Positions 10,399 to 23,821 of a stretch of DNA of 64,000 nucleotides are shown piece by piece (positions within the stretch are counted from its first letter, which is position 1; each line of letters starts with the position of its first letter). The DNA is from Eledone cirrhosa (taxonomy: Eukaryota). The stretch covers positions 337,404,001 through 337,468,000 of the forward strand of contig OZ024743.1 of the NCBI GenBank assembly GCA_964016885.1. The letters run 5' to 3'. The notes beneath the pieces were generated by a model. It saw only the letters and a list, made by a program, of their open reading frames with translations. It ran no database searches and was not told where the DNA came from. The translations under genes and the position numbers were made by a program.

Positions 10399-13300
10399 AT
10401 GACCTCACTCAGAATAGGCAGCATAAATGCGCGTGGCTTGGGGTCGTCATGGAAGCAGGGCCACCTGCTCAACGACCTCAGGTCACTAAACATAGATGTA
10501 GTGGCCATCAGCGAGACCAGAATCTCCGAAGCACGGGCCTTCGCACCGATCTTCGGCGGCTACGATGTGTACGCATCTCCCAGCCGTCCGGGATCGGGGG
10601 CAGGAGTTGCTGTGCTTTTTCGGAGAGGTTTGGATCTCGCCATACGGGCGATCTTCCTGGACCGAGAAGGTAAGTTGGTGGTGCTAGACGTGACCAGCGG
10701 AGACGGGCAAACTTTCAGGCTAGTGGCCGTCTATGCCCCGACAGGAGCAGGACGGCTTGATTTCTTCCGGCGTCTGGAGACCTTTCTTGGAACGTCCCGC
10801 TCTCTTTAGTGTTAGTGGGCGACTGGAACGGGATCTTAGATGCACGCTGGGACTGTGTGGGATTAGCGGATAGGGGAGGAGGGTGCAAGAGCCTCACCAA
10901 CCTGCTCAGGCGTTTTGAACTGTCTGACAGGTACCGATTGGATTTCCCGAATGTGCCAATGTGGACTTGGACAAATCGCATAGGGTCATCCAGATCATAT
11001 CTAGATAGAGTATTTTGTAGAGAAATAGATAGGTCTAGCATAGGCTGTCCATAATTCAAGATAGTCAGCTACACGGACCACAAATTCGTGATCTGTGTGC
11101 TTGACTTAGATAGGCTTCATAGACGAGGACCCGGCGACTGGAAGTTAAACGCGTACTTACCAGCGCGCAAGGCCTACAGAGACCGGATTAGCGAACTAGT
11201 TAAGCGGGCGTTGACGGAGGCCATCGTCAACAACAAGTGGTGGTTTGCTCTGAAAAGAGCCATTAGAATAGAGTTCATTAGGTTTAGTAAGGCTTTAGCA
11301 ATAGAGAAAAATAGAGCAGAGGGAGAATTAGTTAGAAAATTAGACGAGGCGCTTAGCAAAGGCATCGCGACCGACGTACTTGCGGCGAAATTGGCCCTTG
11401 ACCAATTCTTCAATGCAAAGCACGAAGGCTGCGTTGTCACAGCTAGGGTGAGTGCTCTTCTCAGACACGAGGGGACGAAAGCCGTTCAATGGGCCCGAGT
11501 GGCGGAGGCACGTCGTGGCAAAAAAGCCACGATCCAGTCTTTGGTGGACCACGACGGGCGCATGCTACTCGATCCCGGGAAAATGTGTGAAGCTTTTCAG
11601 CGACACTTCGCTCAGTTGTTCGGGGGCAGCGGCGGGCCGGATCGAGGGATGAACTTTAGTGTCTACCTCAACGGACTGCCGCGGCTCTCGGCCACTGAGG
11701 CGGAGTGTTGCGAAAAGCCGATAACAGCCGCTGAAGTACGGGAGGAAATGACTAGCTGCACAAAGGGTAAATCGCCTGGTTTGGATGGTCTGCCCTATGA
11801 ACTTTACGTACAGATGCCAGACTTGTTCGGAGGCCTCGGCGGACGTCTACTGCAACTGGAAACAGAACGGGAGAATTCCCAGCTCTGTGAGCCGAGGAGC
11901 TGTGAGGCTGCTGAGAAAGGATCCGAACAAGGGGGATAACATAGATAATTTTAGGCCCATAACACTGCTAAACACAGAGTTCAAGATTTTGGCCAAGGTG
12001 CTAGCAAAGAGGTTGGCGCTTGTCGTTGGTGGTCTGGTGGGAGAGGCGCAGACATGCGCCATTCCCGACAGATCCATCCACGACAACCTCCACCTCATGC
12101 GATACATCGTAGAGAGGGTAGCTAGGGAACCTGGCACGGGTGGGTCCTTGATCAATTTAGATCAGTCGAAAGCTTTCGATAGGGTCGACCATCGTTACCT
12201 AGCGGCAGTCCTGAGGGCGGCTGGCTTTGGGCCCGTCTTCAGAGGCTGGATCGCTGCCATACACAGCGACATCTGCTCTGTGGTGAGAGTGAACGGTCAC
12301 CTTTCGGAACCGTTCAACATCGTGCGCTCGGTCCTCCAAGGATGTCCCCTCTCGTCCCTCTTGTACGTATTGACTCTCGAGCCATTACTGCACAAACTGG
12401 AGACGTTGAGGGGGGTCCCGCGCGAACTAGGATGCGGAAGATCCGTGTCAACATATGCGAACGATGTCACCGTAGTGGTGTCGAACGCCAAACACATCGA
12501 GGCGATCGGCACTACACCAAGAGAATACGAAGCGGTGACAGGAGCAATGATCAACCAGGAAATGTCAGTGGGCCTGCAGCTCGGCACCTGGAGAGGCAGG
12601 TCCATGCCGTCCAACAGCGTCGTCGGGCGCTGGACGGACGGACCAGTTAAATTGCTCGGGGTCTGGTTCGGTCCGGATCTCCAGACGGACAAAAACTGGG
12701 ACGAGGTGACGAGCAGGGTGGCTTCTCTCACCCAGAAATGGGGCGAGAGGAAGCTATCCCTGAAAGGTCGAGCGGAGGTGGCTAACGCGTATATCGCGTC
12801 CGTCATCTACTACCGCCTGACCGTCGTACCTTGTCCTAAGCCCCGCCTGACTGCGCTGGAGCGTTTGCTCTTTCGCTTTTTGTGGAAGGGACGCGCTCCG
12901 ATGGTCAGGCGGTCTATCTGCTGTCAACACCCGCTACGTGGAGGGCTGGGAATTCCGTGGCTGATGATGCGCAGACACGCGCTCAGGCTACGACATCTCC
13001 ACCTCTTCCTCGACGGTGATCAGGTGTGGTCTCCGTTTGCTAGACACGTCTTTCCCCAGCTCGTCTCCTTGACGGAGCTGCAGTCCTGGGTCAAGCGAAG
13101 ACCGAGAGGGAGCGCTTGGAGACTGGAATGTCTTTAGGCGCTCACAGCCCTCGACCAATTGGGCAATGTGATCGGTTGAAACTCCACCTTGGCGTTCTAT
13201 AGAGGATTAGTGGAGGGGAAGAGCGACGACGTACTTGGGGAAACTCTAGGCGTCGACGAAAATCAACTAGCCAATCTCTTCGGAAGAACTTTCGGGCCGG

Positions 13301-13820
13301 GGCCTATGGACAACCTCCAGAAATCCCTGGCCTGGCAGTGCTACCGAGGAGCTTTGCCAGTTCGGGATAAACTCTACAGGCATGGAGGTGCCGTCAGCCG
13401 GGCATGTCCGAGATGCGCGCAGGGCGACGAAACCGTCCTGCACGCACTCGTCCAGTGTCCGAGCATTGCTGACCTGTGGGTTTATGTCGAACACCTGCTG
13501 TCGCGTGTGGGACGGATCCAGCTATCAGCTGAGTCCATCGTGAGGATTGCCTGCCCTCTTCCTTTAGCCGGGAAGAGCAGGCAGTTTTTATCTGTCTGGT
13601 GGCCATGGCGAAAGAGATAGTATGGTGGACACGTTTGAAAGGGTTGAAGACGAGCACTTACCTCTTCGGTGATGCCCTGATTAACTTTTTCAAATTTCAT
13701 TTGAAAAGGAAAATCAGGGTAGAGTGGGAAGTGCTCTCTTCCCAGCATTTTGTTGAAAGATGGGTGAGAGAGGCAAGAATGGCCGGAGTGAATGGGCCTA
13801 CTCTGAGTATGTGTCTGTAA
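10399..13820 (+). pseudogene. LINE ORF2: APE endonuclease, RT and C-terminal zinc motif
   Basis: SINARGL, ISET, GDWN, SYLDR, KSPGLDGLPYE, LDQSKAFDRVDH, QGCPLS, YANDV (YADD mutated) and CPRC...HALVQC. Several stops and frameshifts. Confidence 0.93.
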
Positions 13821-14208
13821 ATTAAAGGTGGAAAACTGGGAGAGGGCACTTGCCCTGGTGGTCAGGGTCACTGTGGCTTTTTAATGGGCTTTCTCCACCA
13901 ATTTCCCCCGGAAGTCTCCCCCCTATTGGGGAATTTTTTCATTGTTCTATTATTACATCCTCTGTTTCTTGTTTTTTTTACACGCAGAAATGCCCATTTG
14001 TACCGCCCTGTATTGTCCTGTACTGTCCTTAATGTCTACTTTATGTAAACCCTTGTGGTTAATAAAGAAATCATTATTCTTTACATTATTATTATTACAT
14101 TATTATTATTATTATTATTTACATTCCTTTCATTAAACTAAAACTATGTTGACAATCTTTTAATAATGTCTTCCTTGTGAAATTTGTGGTCTTGTTTAGC
14201 TTAACTAA

Positions 14209-14286
<78 letters not shown>

Positions 14287-14289
<3 letters not shown>

Positions 14290-14489
14290 CGAAGGAAATG
14301 TGGTAAGGAACCAGGTGGACCATAACGCACCAAAGTACTCAATACTTGAGGTAGTAGAGTGGGTAATAGGAACCAGTAAGACCCCGACAGCTGAGCTCAA
14401 GCCGTTTCGACGGCTAATTCTGGACTCAGCTAGTCCAGAATTAGCCGTCGAAACGGCTTGAGCTCAGCTGTCGGGGTCTTACTGGTTCC
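14287..14489. mobile_element. PLE pLTR fold-back mini-insert (family of 23255-27226) in (TA)n
   Basis: Reverse complement of the pLTR 3' end, a 5-nt spacer (14427-14431), then a forward arm AGTCCAGAATT...GTTCC followed by TA. Confidence 0.9.
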
Positions 14490-14762
14490 TATATATATAT
14501 ATATATATATATACAAAATTAAATTAAGGGTATCATGTCCGAGATATGCGCCATATCCACCGTAGAATATGCTCAAAGATTCCAATGAATAGATCCGATC
14601 ATTTTATATCAACTAGAAATTGATTGACCTATATATATATATCTAAAATAAACACATGAAACAATCACAGGAGGTAATTTGTAAAGTGTGTAATCACACA
14701 GAGCTAGGTAGGTAATTAATTAAAGTTTAACTAGAACTTCAATATATATATATATACATACA

Positions 14763-14797
<35 letters not shown>

Positions 14798-14929
14798 GTA
14801 TACACGCATATTATTCCATTTCTTTTCCTTTTCCCGTATTTCTTTTCTTCTTTTTCTAATCTTCCATCTCCATTTATCGGAAACACCGGCAGTACAAAAT
14901 CAACCTTTCACAAATATAGAGCAAGGTGG

Positions 14930-15540
14930 AAAAAGCCTCGGCTCGATACACCATCAACTTGGTTCGTAGTTTCAGGTTTTACTTTACCAAGACACGATGA
15001 AAGTGTTTTCGAAAAGTGACATGGCGAGCTCGGATCCTGTTCTCGACATCTTTTTCAAAGTTACATTGTGGGGAGAGAATGCTCCCCAGATATTGGAACT
15101 GGTTTATTTGTTCCATTAATGTATTGGAGATGGCGGTGCTGAAATCTAGAAGAGTTGAGTTCGGAGCAGGTTATGCAAGTATTTTGATCTTCTGAGTGTT
15201 GATTGACAGATCAAAGTGATCATATGCATTTTTGAAGTTGATAACTGATTTCTTCTGGTGAATAAATTGGCGAGGCATTGTCATAGCGTATATTAATGTT
15301 CAGAGACTCCTGTTGACAAGTTTTTGTAATCAGACAGATTGTAGAGTCCCCCATCGAAGTGGTACTTGTTCCCTACACTAGGGTTGATTGGTGTAATTTC
15401 GTAAAGCATGGCTGCAACCTATGCAGAGAACAAGACAGGAGCAAGTAGGCATCCATGTTTTAAACCATTGCTGATTGGGAATTCTTCATGTGTTGTTTTG
15501 ATAAGCCATCTGTCCTATCATGCCGTCATGGAGTGCCCGG
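14930..15540 (-). mobile_element. Degenerate RTE LINE RT fragment
   Basis: GLKHGCLLAPVLFS, FDGGLYNL and FDLSINTQKIK on the minus strand. Confidence 0.7.
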
Positions 15541-15741
15541 ATATGTATCACAAACGATCAGTGCCTACCGCTTGCCACGGCGTCGATCGTGTCATTTTTG
15601 CGGTGCTTCTGTTATGTGTGCATTGGCCGAAACACAGCGAAATGCCTGCACGGGATTTGATCTTATAAATTCGTGAACCACAAACAGCTAGCCCGTCTTT
15701 TAACTATTCTGGTTCTCTACATTTGCACGTCTGTTTGCATT

Positions 15742-15807
<66 letters not shown>

Positions 15808-15808
<1 letters not shown>

Positions 15809-18800
15809 GATATTAACAAATAGAAACTATATTTATAAAACCATATTTATTTCATTATACATATTTCAAGGACACCAAGTTAAATTATGGTGTGCTTTCA
15901 TCAGATAAAATATAATATAGATCAGTTTTATAAATAAATATTGAGATACCCTTAAAAAATGCAACCATTACTGTTGGAAGCTCCCGGATAGTGGAGTTGT
16001 TTAATTATATTATTATTAGTATTGGATATTTTTAGTTTTAAAATAAGCCGTTGGGTTACAGAGAAAGAAAAAGATAAAGAAGGAGAAAGAGAAAAAGAGA
16101 GAGAGAAAGAAAAGAGAGAGAGATAGCAGAACAACAGAGAGAAAAGAGAGAGAGAGAGAGAGAGAGAGGAGAAAGAGAAAGGAGAGAGAGCGAAAACTCT
16201 AAGTCTTATCTTGTTGAGTTATCTTAACATTTGAGATGAAATGAATAAATAAAATTAGAAATGTTAATAATCATGAATGGAAGATACATATATAATATGA
16301 GAAATTTAACCATTGTTTAAATATGATTAAATATTTAGTTAATCAGTTAAAATATTGAGATCAATACATTAAAAATTGAGATCTATATAATAAGAAATCT
16401 ATATATTATTATTAAGACTATATTATTAAAAATCTATATATTATATAACACATATACACACGCAAAAATACATACATATAAATATATATTCACACGTATA
16501 AAAATATATATACATATCTAACTACGTATATAATATATACATATAAAATATAAAGGATTTTTTAATTTGCGATATAAGAATCTTATAAAATCAGGGAAAA
16601 TCATTTCAATGTAATATCAAAGCAGCGTGAAGGAAAATTACGTTATTTAGTTATATAAATGTTACAATTGTTAAGATATTAAAGGAAATTTTATGTTATA
16701 CACACTTTATGTTATTAAACAAATGTTTTTTATATAAGTTTTATAAGATTACCTGTTATGTAGTTATGACTGTTATTAAGTGCAATCGAATTGTATGCAT
16801 ATACACATATATATACATACACAATTCCCACATATACATACATATATGTGTGTACCCACACAAATAGGTAGATATGCATCACATATATATATACATACAG
16901 ATAGACATACACGCATAAAACATATGTACATGTATATCAATACACACATACATATATATATACACACATATAGAGAGAGAAAAGTATATATAAATACAGT
17001 ACATAGTATAATTGAAGTACATAAAATACAAAAGAATTATATTACGATTTGGAAATATAATTATAAGCAATATAACTTTAAAACAATATAACTTAAAAAA
17101 TATTATAGAATATTTCAAGTTATAATTTCAAAATAATATGTTTAATAAATTTAGTATAAAAATTTTCTACGTATATTTAACTTAATTTTATATCCATAAG
17201 AGAAAGAAAAAGAAACTTTCAAAAGATAAACTTTCGAAAATAGGAGAAACTATCAAAAAATATTTTCCCCTTTTAAGAGCTTTCAGTATATTTCTCTAGA
17301 AGAGTTTATTATATTTATTTATATTTAGGAAGAACAGTTTTTTTTTACTTGTGTGTATAAGCAGTCAAAAAATGAAGGAATCTAATGATTTATCGATAGG
17401 TTCTATATGTTAATAGAATTAATTAATTAATTATATTTTAAATTTATATTTAAGCGTTGAGTTTCAATCTATGTCTACAGCAACTAAATAAATTGTTCCT
17501 TAGGTTCAGGGAATTTTTGGTCTTTAATATAAAGAATATTTCCTCTATACAAAGATCACAATTTTCTGAAGAGGAGTTAAAAGGAGTAGCTTTTGAAATA
17601 ATATTCCAAATCAACGAATATTCAACGTTCTTTAGTTTGAAGTCCCCATAATAAGCTAGATAGAGAAGTTGAAGATTTTTTGTTTGGATCTGTAAAAGAA
17701 TTTTTTATGATTATTGAAGCGGGATTTAAAACTCTGTGGAAGTGGATCCCACATAATTAAATGAATTTAAATTAGTTTTTTACATTACAATTATATACTA
17801 TATTTTTAGCTAAGCAATTGAGATTTATTTCTACAGTTACATTTATCAAATTGGATATTGCTTGGGTTATTAGTGGTATTTTGGTTAGGTTTTAAATTTC
17901 TATTATTAATTCTATTAATATTTTGCGCTAAGTTTTTGGTGGAAGAATAAGTTAATTTTTATAGTATGTCTATTAAAGATTGAATAATATCTATGTGTTT
18001 CTAGGGAAGCATTTGTCAAGAGCTTTAAAAAATAGTTTAGCAATAGGGATTTTAATATTTAATGAGAAAGGAGGAGCGAACCATAATATGTTCCTAGTTC
18101 TATTTCTTTTTTTTGTTTTCGGAATCATTGTAAGGTATTATAGTTGTTAAAATTGTTTAAAATAGTTAAAATTGTTACGATTATGGTTAGTTGTTATATT
18201 ATTATTATCAATGTATTTAATTTTATTTCTATACCCAGCTCTACCTAACGCTTCGTTGTAATAATGTGCTTTATCATCAAATATATTCTTATTAGCTGAA
18301 ATTCTCGAAATTCGTTCCTGTACAGAATTCACTATAGTATTTTTAACGGATCTGGGGTGATTAGAGTTAAAATTGACGTAGTTTAAGTTCTCATTTAGTT
18401 TGTGAAATGGATAATGAAGACATGTGTTAAGATTTAGTGTTACATCTAGAAAGTTAACTATTTTATGGTTATTCTCTATTTCTACTTTTAGATTAAGGTA
18501 ATTAAAAAATTGTATAATTTGTTTTCTTTTTCTATTTAGTTCACAGTTATTATTTTCTATAAGTAAAAACATGTCGTCACGATATAAACCTCCGGTTATC
18601 TCAGGAATTTTCCTATGTAGAGAATTATTTATAAAGAGGCCCACAAGATCCGTTACCTGAGCGGAATCGGATGATCCCATAGTTATATCGAAGTTATTAT
18701 TTCTATCTGCCCTAGTCCAGAGTTGGTTATTAAATTCTATTAATGTTTTCCGTGCCGATAATATAATGTGCATTTCATTGCTAGTTAAGTCTGTATGTTT

Positions 18801-19047
18801 AAATGCGTAAGTTAGTGCTTTATTCAGTAGATTAGGAGTGACAGATGAGTAATAGTTAGCAATATCCAACTGAATAAACTTATTATTATAGTTATATTTA
18901 ATTTCCTTAAACCAATCGATAACTTCACTAGTTCCTTTCCATAATTTTAAATAAGATAAATTTTTAATTTGTGGTATTATTCTGTCTAAAATATTTTTGC
19001 TAAGTCTGCCAAGGTCCGATTTAGATGGTGCAATTAATCTGACTGGT
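15808..19047 (-). mobile_element. AT-rich Penelope-like element, 5'-truncated, in (TA)n
   Basis: RT ORF 18147-18869 (DIANYY, MGSSDS, GGLYRDD). GIY-YIG region at ~17500-17830 (YVGSTSTEFKSRFNNH). Long AT-rich 3'UTR, then a pLTR with HHR. Confidence 0.9.
15849..15910 (-). ncRNA. Minimal type I hammerhead in PLE pLTR
   Basis: TTTTAT CTGATGA AAG..CTT GAAA TATGTA TA ATGAAA. Confidence 0.8.
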
Positions 19048-19070
19048 AAATATATATATATATATATATG

Positions 19071-19158
<88 letters not shown>

Positions 19159-19289
19159 GATTAAACCAGTATTGAACTAGTTAGATGATTATTCAACAGA
19201 GCACTGACATGAGCTCACCCGTCGGAATATGACTCTTTCTAATATATATATATATATTTATTTATTTATGTGTGTATGTATTATATATA

Positions 19290-19452
19290 ATTGTTTCTAC
19301 TTTTGGCACCAGTACATTACTGGTACTTTATTTTATCGACCCCGTAAGGATCAAAGGCAAAGTTACCTCGACGGGATTTGAGCTCAGACCGTAAAGGGAC
19401 GTAACTATTCTAGAAAGCACGGCATCCAACCCTCTACCGATACTGCCAATTC
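19290..19452 (-). mobile_element. tRNA-derived SINE copy
   Basis: Homologous to 8636-8821. Confidence 0.85.
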
Positions 19453-19793
19453 ATTATGTATAATACTGTAATATATGTAATAACTAGCATATATAATATG
19501 TATATGTGTGTGAGTGTGCATGCGTACCTGCGCACGGGTGTTTGTGTATGCTTGTATAATCGATTAAGTACATTACAATCTGTATGGCAAAAATACACAT
19601 TAGTTCGTTACAGGAGGAATGTTTAAAAAACTGTTTCTATCTTCTCCAGTTCTGAACGTTTGCCAATCAGGTTTCAAACACTCCACCATTCCTTTCTGAC
19701 GCTTCTTTCTCTCAGACAAGACTATTTAACTGAGAATACAGCAATCAAGTTCTTTGTCTTGAACGGTTTCGTGGTAAATACTCTTTTTAATCC

Positions 19794-19918
<125 letters not shown>

Positions 19919-20104
19919 ATATATATATATTTATATATATACATATATTATATATATTATATATTGTATATATAAAAATAAAGGTTTTTATGTCGTCTGA
20001 AAGTTATCAAAATTTATAGCCCTCGGCAAAATATGTATCACGAAGATTATATAAACCTAAATCAACTGCCTATGAGTTTCAATCTTATTAATACTATATA
20101 TATG

Positions 20105-20176
<72 letters not shown>

Positions 20177-20180
<4 letters not shown>

Positions 20181-20348
20181 CCAGCGAATTTTCAACCGTC
20201 AAGGTTGTTTTCCATGGTTATGTCACTATTTATAAAACAAATTTTGTATTTTATCTGATGAAAGCGCACCAAGGTTGGCTTGGTCGCCCTTGAAATATAT
20301 ATAATAAAATAATTATGGTTTTATAAATATAGTTCCCATTTATTAATA

Positions 20349-20352
<4 letters not shown>
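20177..20352 (+). mobile_element. Solo PLE terminus with hammerhead (HHR ~20249-20309), (TA)n-flanked
   Basis: TTTTAT CTGATGA AAG..CTT GAAA TATATA TA ATAAAA; related to the pLTR at 15808-15950. Confidence 0.8.
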
Positions 20353-20410
<58 letters not shown>

Positions 20411-20686
20411 AATGAATAATAAATCAGGTAGACATCATAAAAAGGTAATTTATTCTGAGTGCTTACAAATGTTTCAACAGTAGTTACACAGCCTAGTCAT
20501 GCGATGTGCAAATTAGTAGTTATTTATTTGCAGATACTCAATTTTCAAATGCTGCTTCTCCTATCGTATCTTCAGATCAGAATGGTTAAAGTGTAAATTC
20601 CCTTGTATTACTTAAAGGAAGTTATTGGGGAAGATAGAGTAGGAAAAGGAAGAGAGAAAGAAGGGGAGAGGGAGAGAGAGAGAAAA

Positions 20687-20763
<77 letters not shown>

Positions 20764-21053
20764 TATATATATATATATATAGATATATATATATATATAT
20801 ATATATATAGATATATAGATATATATATATAGATATATATATATACATATATATATATACATATATATGTATATATATATATATATTATATATATATATA
20901 TAGATATAGATATATACATATATATATATACATATATATGTATATATATATATATATTATATAAATGAGAGGTATAGAGATTGTTTTAGCAATTATATAT
21001 ATATATGTATATACATATATATATATATGCATTTATATATATATATATATATG

Positions 21054-21338
<285 letters not shown>

Positions 21339-21344
21339 CGTGTG

Positions 21345-21893
21345 TGTGAATGAAGAATGGCGTGCTGCGTTGTTGCGAACATGAACATATGAATAAAAAT
21401 AGACCAAGAGATAAAATGTCCTCATCAGTAGTCTGACGTTATTGTTGGTATTTCGACGCATTAAAGACTAGATACCTAAAATCAGTGCGAGCGAAAACTC
21501 AATTAAGTTATCGGGACAGTGGGAAAACAGAGGGAAGGAAACAATCACATGGTAGTAATGCAACGTAAAGAGAGGAAAATAGAGACAAGTCAATGAATCC
21601 TGTGGGCTTAAGTCCGACAAATCAAATTGACGAGAAGAAATAGACACGCCCGAGCCGCGAGAAGATTGAGAGGGGAAAGAAATTCAAGCAGGTCAGACGG
21701 GAGGAAGTGAGAGAGGGGAGAAGCAGAGAGGGGGTGAGTGAAAGTGTGAGGAAGGGGCAGCCGGGAGTGAGTGACCAGAAGCGGGAGTTGAGGAAGGCAA
21801 GAGGTGAAGGAGAGAGAAAAGGTGATAGCAGTAAGGTGACAGAAAAAATACGAACCACAGCGAAGGGAAAAAAATATGTGAATGAAGAATGGC

Positions 21894-21895
<2 letters not shown>
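21345..21895 (-). mobile_element. ORF-less 532-bp element with 19-bp terminal redundancy carrying a permuted hammerhead
   Basis: TGTGAATGAAGAATGGCGT at 21345-21363 and 21877-21895; microsatellites on both flanks. Confidence 0.65.
21415..21476 (-). ncRNA. Non-circularly permuted hammerhead ribozyme candidate
   Basis: Minus strand: GGUAU C UAGUCU uuaaugc GUC GAA AUACC aacaauaacguc AGACUA CUGAUGA G GAC. The full core and all three helices are present in non-standard order. Confidence 0.72.
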
Positions 21896-21973
<78 letters not shown>

Positions 21974-21976
<3 letters not shown>

Positions 21977-22084
21977 AAAAGAGTCAGGATCCCGACGGTC
22001 GGCTGAGCTCCGGCCGTTTCGACAGCTAGATCCAAACTAAGTCACCAGTTATGGTCCACCTGCTATTTTACCACACCCTTTTTG

Positions 22085-22088
<4 letters not shown>
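21974..22088. mobile_element. Diverged PLE pLTR mini-insert (inverted arm plus forward tail)
   Basis: Reverse complement AGTTTGGATCTAGCTGTCGAAACGGCC..CCGTCGGG is homologous to 23591-23648. The tail ttatggtccacctg matches the pLTR end. Confidence 0.7.
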
Positions 22089-22119
<31 letters not shown>

Positions 22120-22121
22120 AA

Positions 22122-23104
22122 TCTATAAAGTTCAGTGTGTGGTCATGCTCCTTCGTTATAGAAATCTACGATATAGAATTTCTTCAATTGAAATTTATAA
22201 CTCAGTATTCGAAATAGGTTCGATTGCGTCTTGACGCAGATAATTTTTTCAATTTCACCCACAATTACGCAAAAAATAGATAAAACTCAATATTTTACGA
22301 TTTTTCACTGTCATTTAAACTGCTAAACTCTTTCCACTACCATTCAAAATCTATACAACTTCATACTTTCTGCTACTTTCTCTTTCCAAGCTTGATGGTG
22401 ATACTGTCCGTTCACACCACTCCCTACTGTCTTAAATTTAGAAAACACATATCCTCTATGAGGTTACTAAACCTGCTAGAAACAGCAGCTAACTCTCCCC
22501 CATATCACACCACTCGCTACTGTCTTAAATTTAGAAAACACATATCCTCTATGAGGTTACTAAACCTGCTAGAAACAGCAGCTAACTCTCCCCCATACCA
22601 CACCCCTCCCTACTGTTTTAAATTTAGAAAACATGTCTTCTATGAGGTCACTAAACCTGCTAGAAACAGCAGCTAACTCTCCCCCATATCACACCACTCC
22701 CTACTGTCTTAAATTTAGAAAACACATATCCTCTATGAAGTCACTAAACCTGCTAGAAACAACAGCTAACTCTCCCTCATATCACAACCCTCCCTACTGT
22801 CTTAAATTTAGAAAACACACAGACAACCATGCAGAACAACTCCATCGCAGCTCTGTTGTTCGGCTGGCATCGTCTACGCGCGTGTTGCGCAAGTACTGTG
22901 AAACAATAAATTTCAACACTTTTTTGCACAGAGATAATATCCATAGGCGAAACTACAATTGTCACTGCTGGCGCAGCTCCTGCTTCCAGGTCTGCAATTC
23001 ATTCACCCAGTGCCTGGCAGACAAAAAAGTGCTGCCATAAAATGGGTGGTGCAACCTAACTTTGGTAACTTAATGACCCCGAGCAACGCCGGGCTTTAAT
23101 GCTA

Positions 23105-23105
<1 letters not shown>
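22122..23105 (+). mobile_element. Non-autonomous Helitron with internal ~91-bp tandem repeats
   Basis: 5' TC, a 3' hairpin CCCGAGCAACGCCGGG and CTAG|T. About 4.5 repeats lie at 22410-22820. Confidence 0.85.
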
Positions 23106-23161
<56 letters not shown>

Positions 23162-23542
23162 TATTTATTTATTTATGTATTTCTTTAGCCTAGCAATAGC
23201 GAGAGACTTAAGTCTTAGTAACCAGCCTTAGCTTATTTTTTTTTTTGTTTTTTTTTTGTTTGTTTTTTTTCATTCTCAGTACTTTTTATAGTTTTACCCT
23301 TAATTGTTCTACTTACCGTTTCGACTTCCTCCCCCTCCCCCTCCCCAGTATCCTCTTTGACCTCACGCCCAGCTGTAGCCGGCACTACCAACGCATGAAT
23401 GGGTCTACTCCACCCCCTCGCCCTTTTTCTCCTACCGCCAGGTTTAGCTACCCCTTCCCCCACCAATTTGCCATCACAGATTTACTACTAACTTGTGATG
23501 TGACCAATCCTGGTGATTATCTCTTTGACCATATATGGAATT

Positions 23543-23636
23543 ACCCCTTGATAAGCTCGGCTATTTAAATACCAGAATAAATTTTCATTCAGTCCAGAAT
23601 TAGCCGTCGAAACGGCTTGAGCTCAGCCGTCGGGGT
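23543..23636 (+). ncRNA. Type I hammerhead, U3-A8 core variant (5' pLTR)
   Basis: ACCCC TTGATAA G..CGGCTA/TAGCCG.C GAA ACGGCT..AGCCGT C GGGGT; predicted cleavage after 23631. Confidence 0.8.
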
Positions 23637-23821
23637 CTTACTTGTTCCTATTACCCACTCTACTACCCTAAGTATTGAGTACTTTGGTGCGTTATTGTCC
23701 ACCTGTTTCTTTACCACTTTTCCTTCGTTATCTAGCTCCTATCCCCGTAGTAGAACACTTTCCGACCCTACCACGCCGTATCCAGACTTTTCCGCTAAGC
23801 TCAATTTCTTTCACCCGCACC

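Larger units (their letters stand above)
8929..14075 (+). mobile_element. Near-full-length Tx1/L1-clade LINE, inactivated
   Basis: Two ORFs, AATAAA near 14061, and (ATT)n on both flanks. The 5' boundary is approximate. Confidence 0.88.

Noticed and set aside
20455-20580. Minus-strand CTGAAGA...GAAA CATTTG TA hammerhead
   Set aside because: Stem I does not pair convincingly; probably a decayed PLE terminus, so not called.
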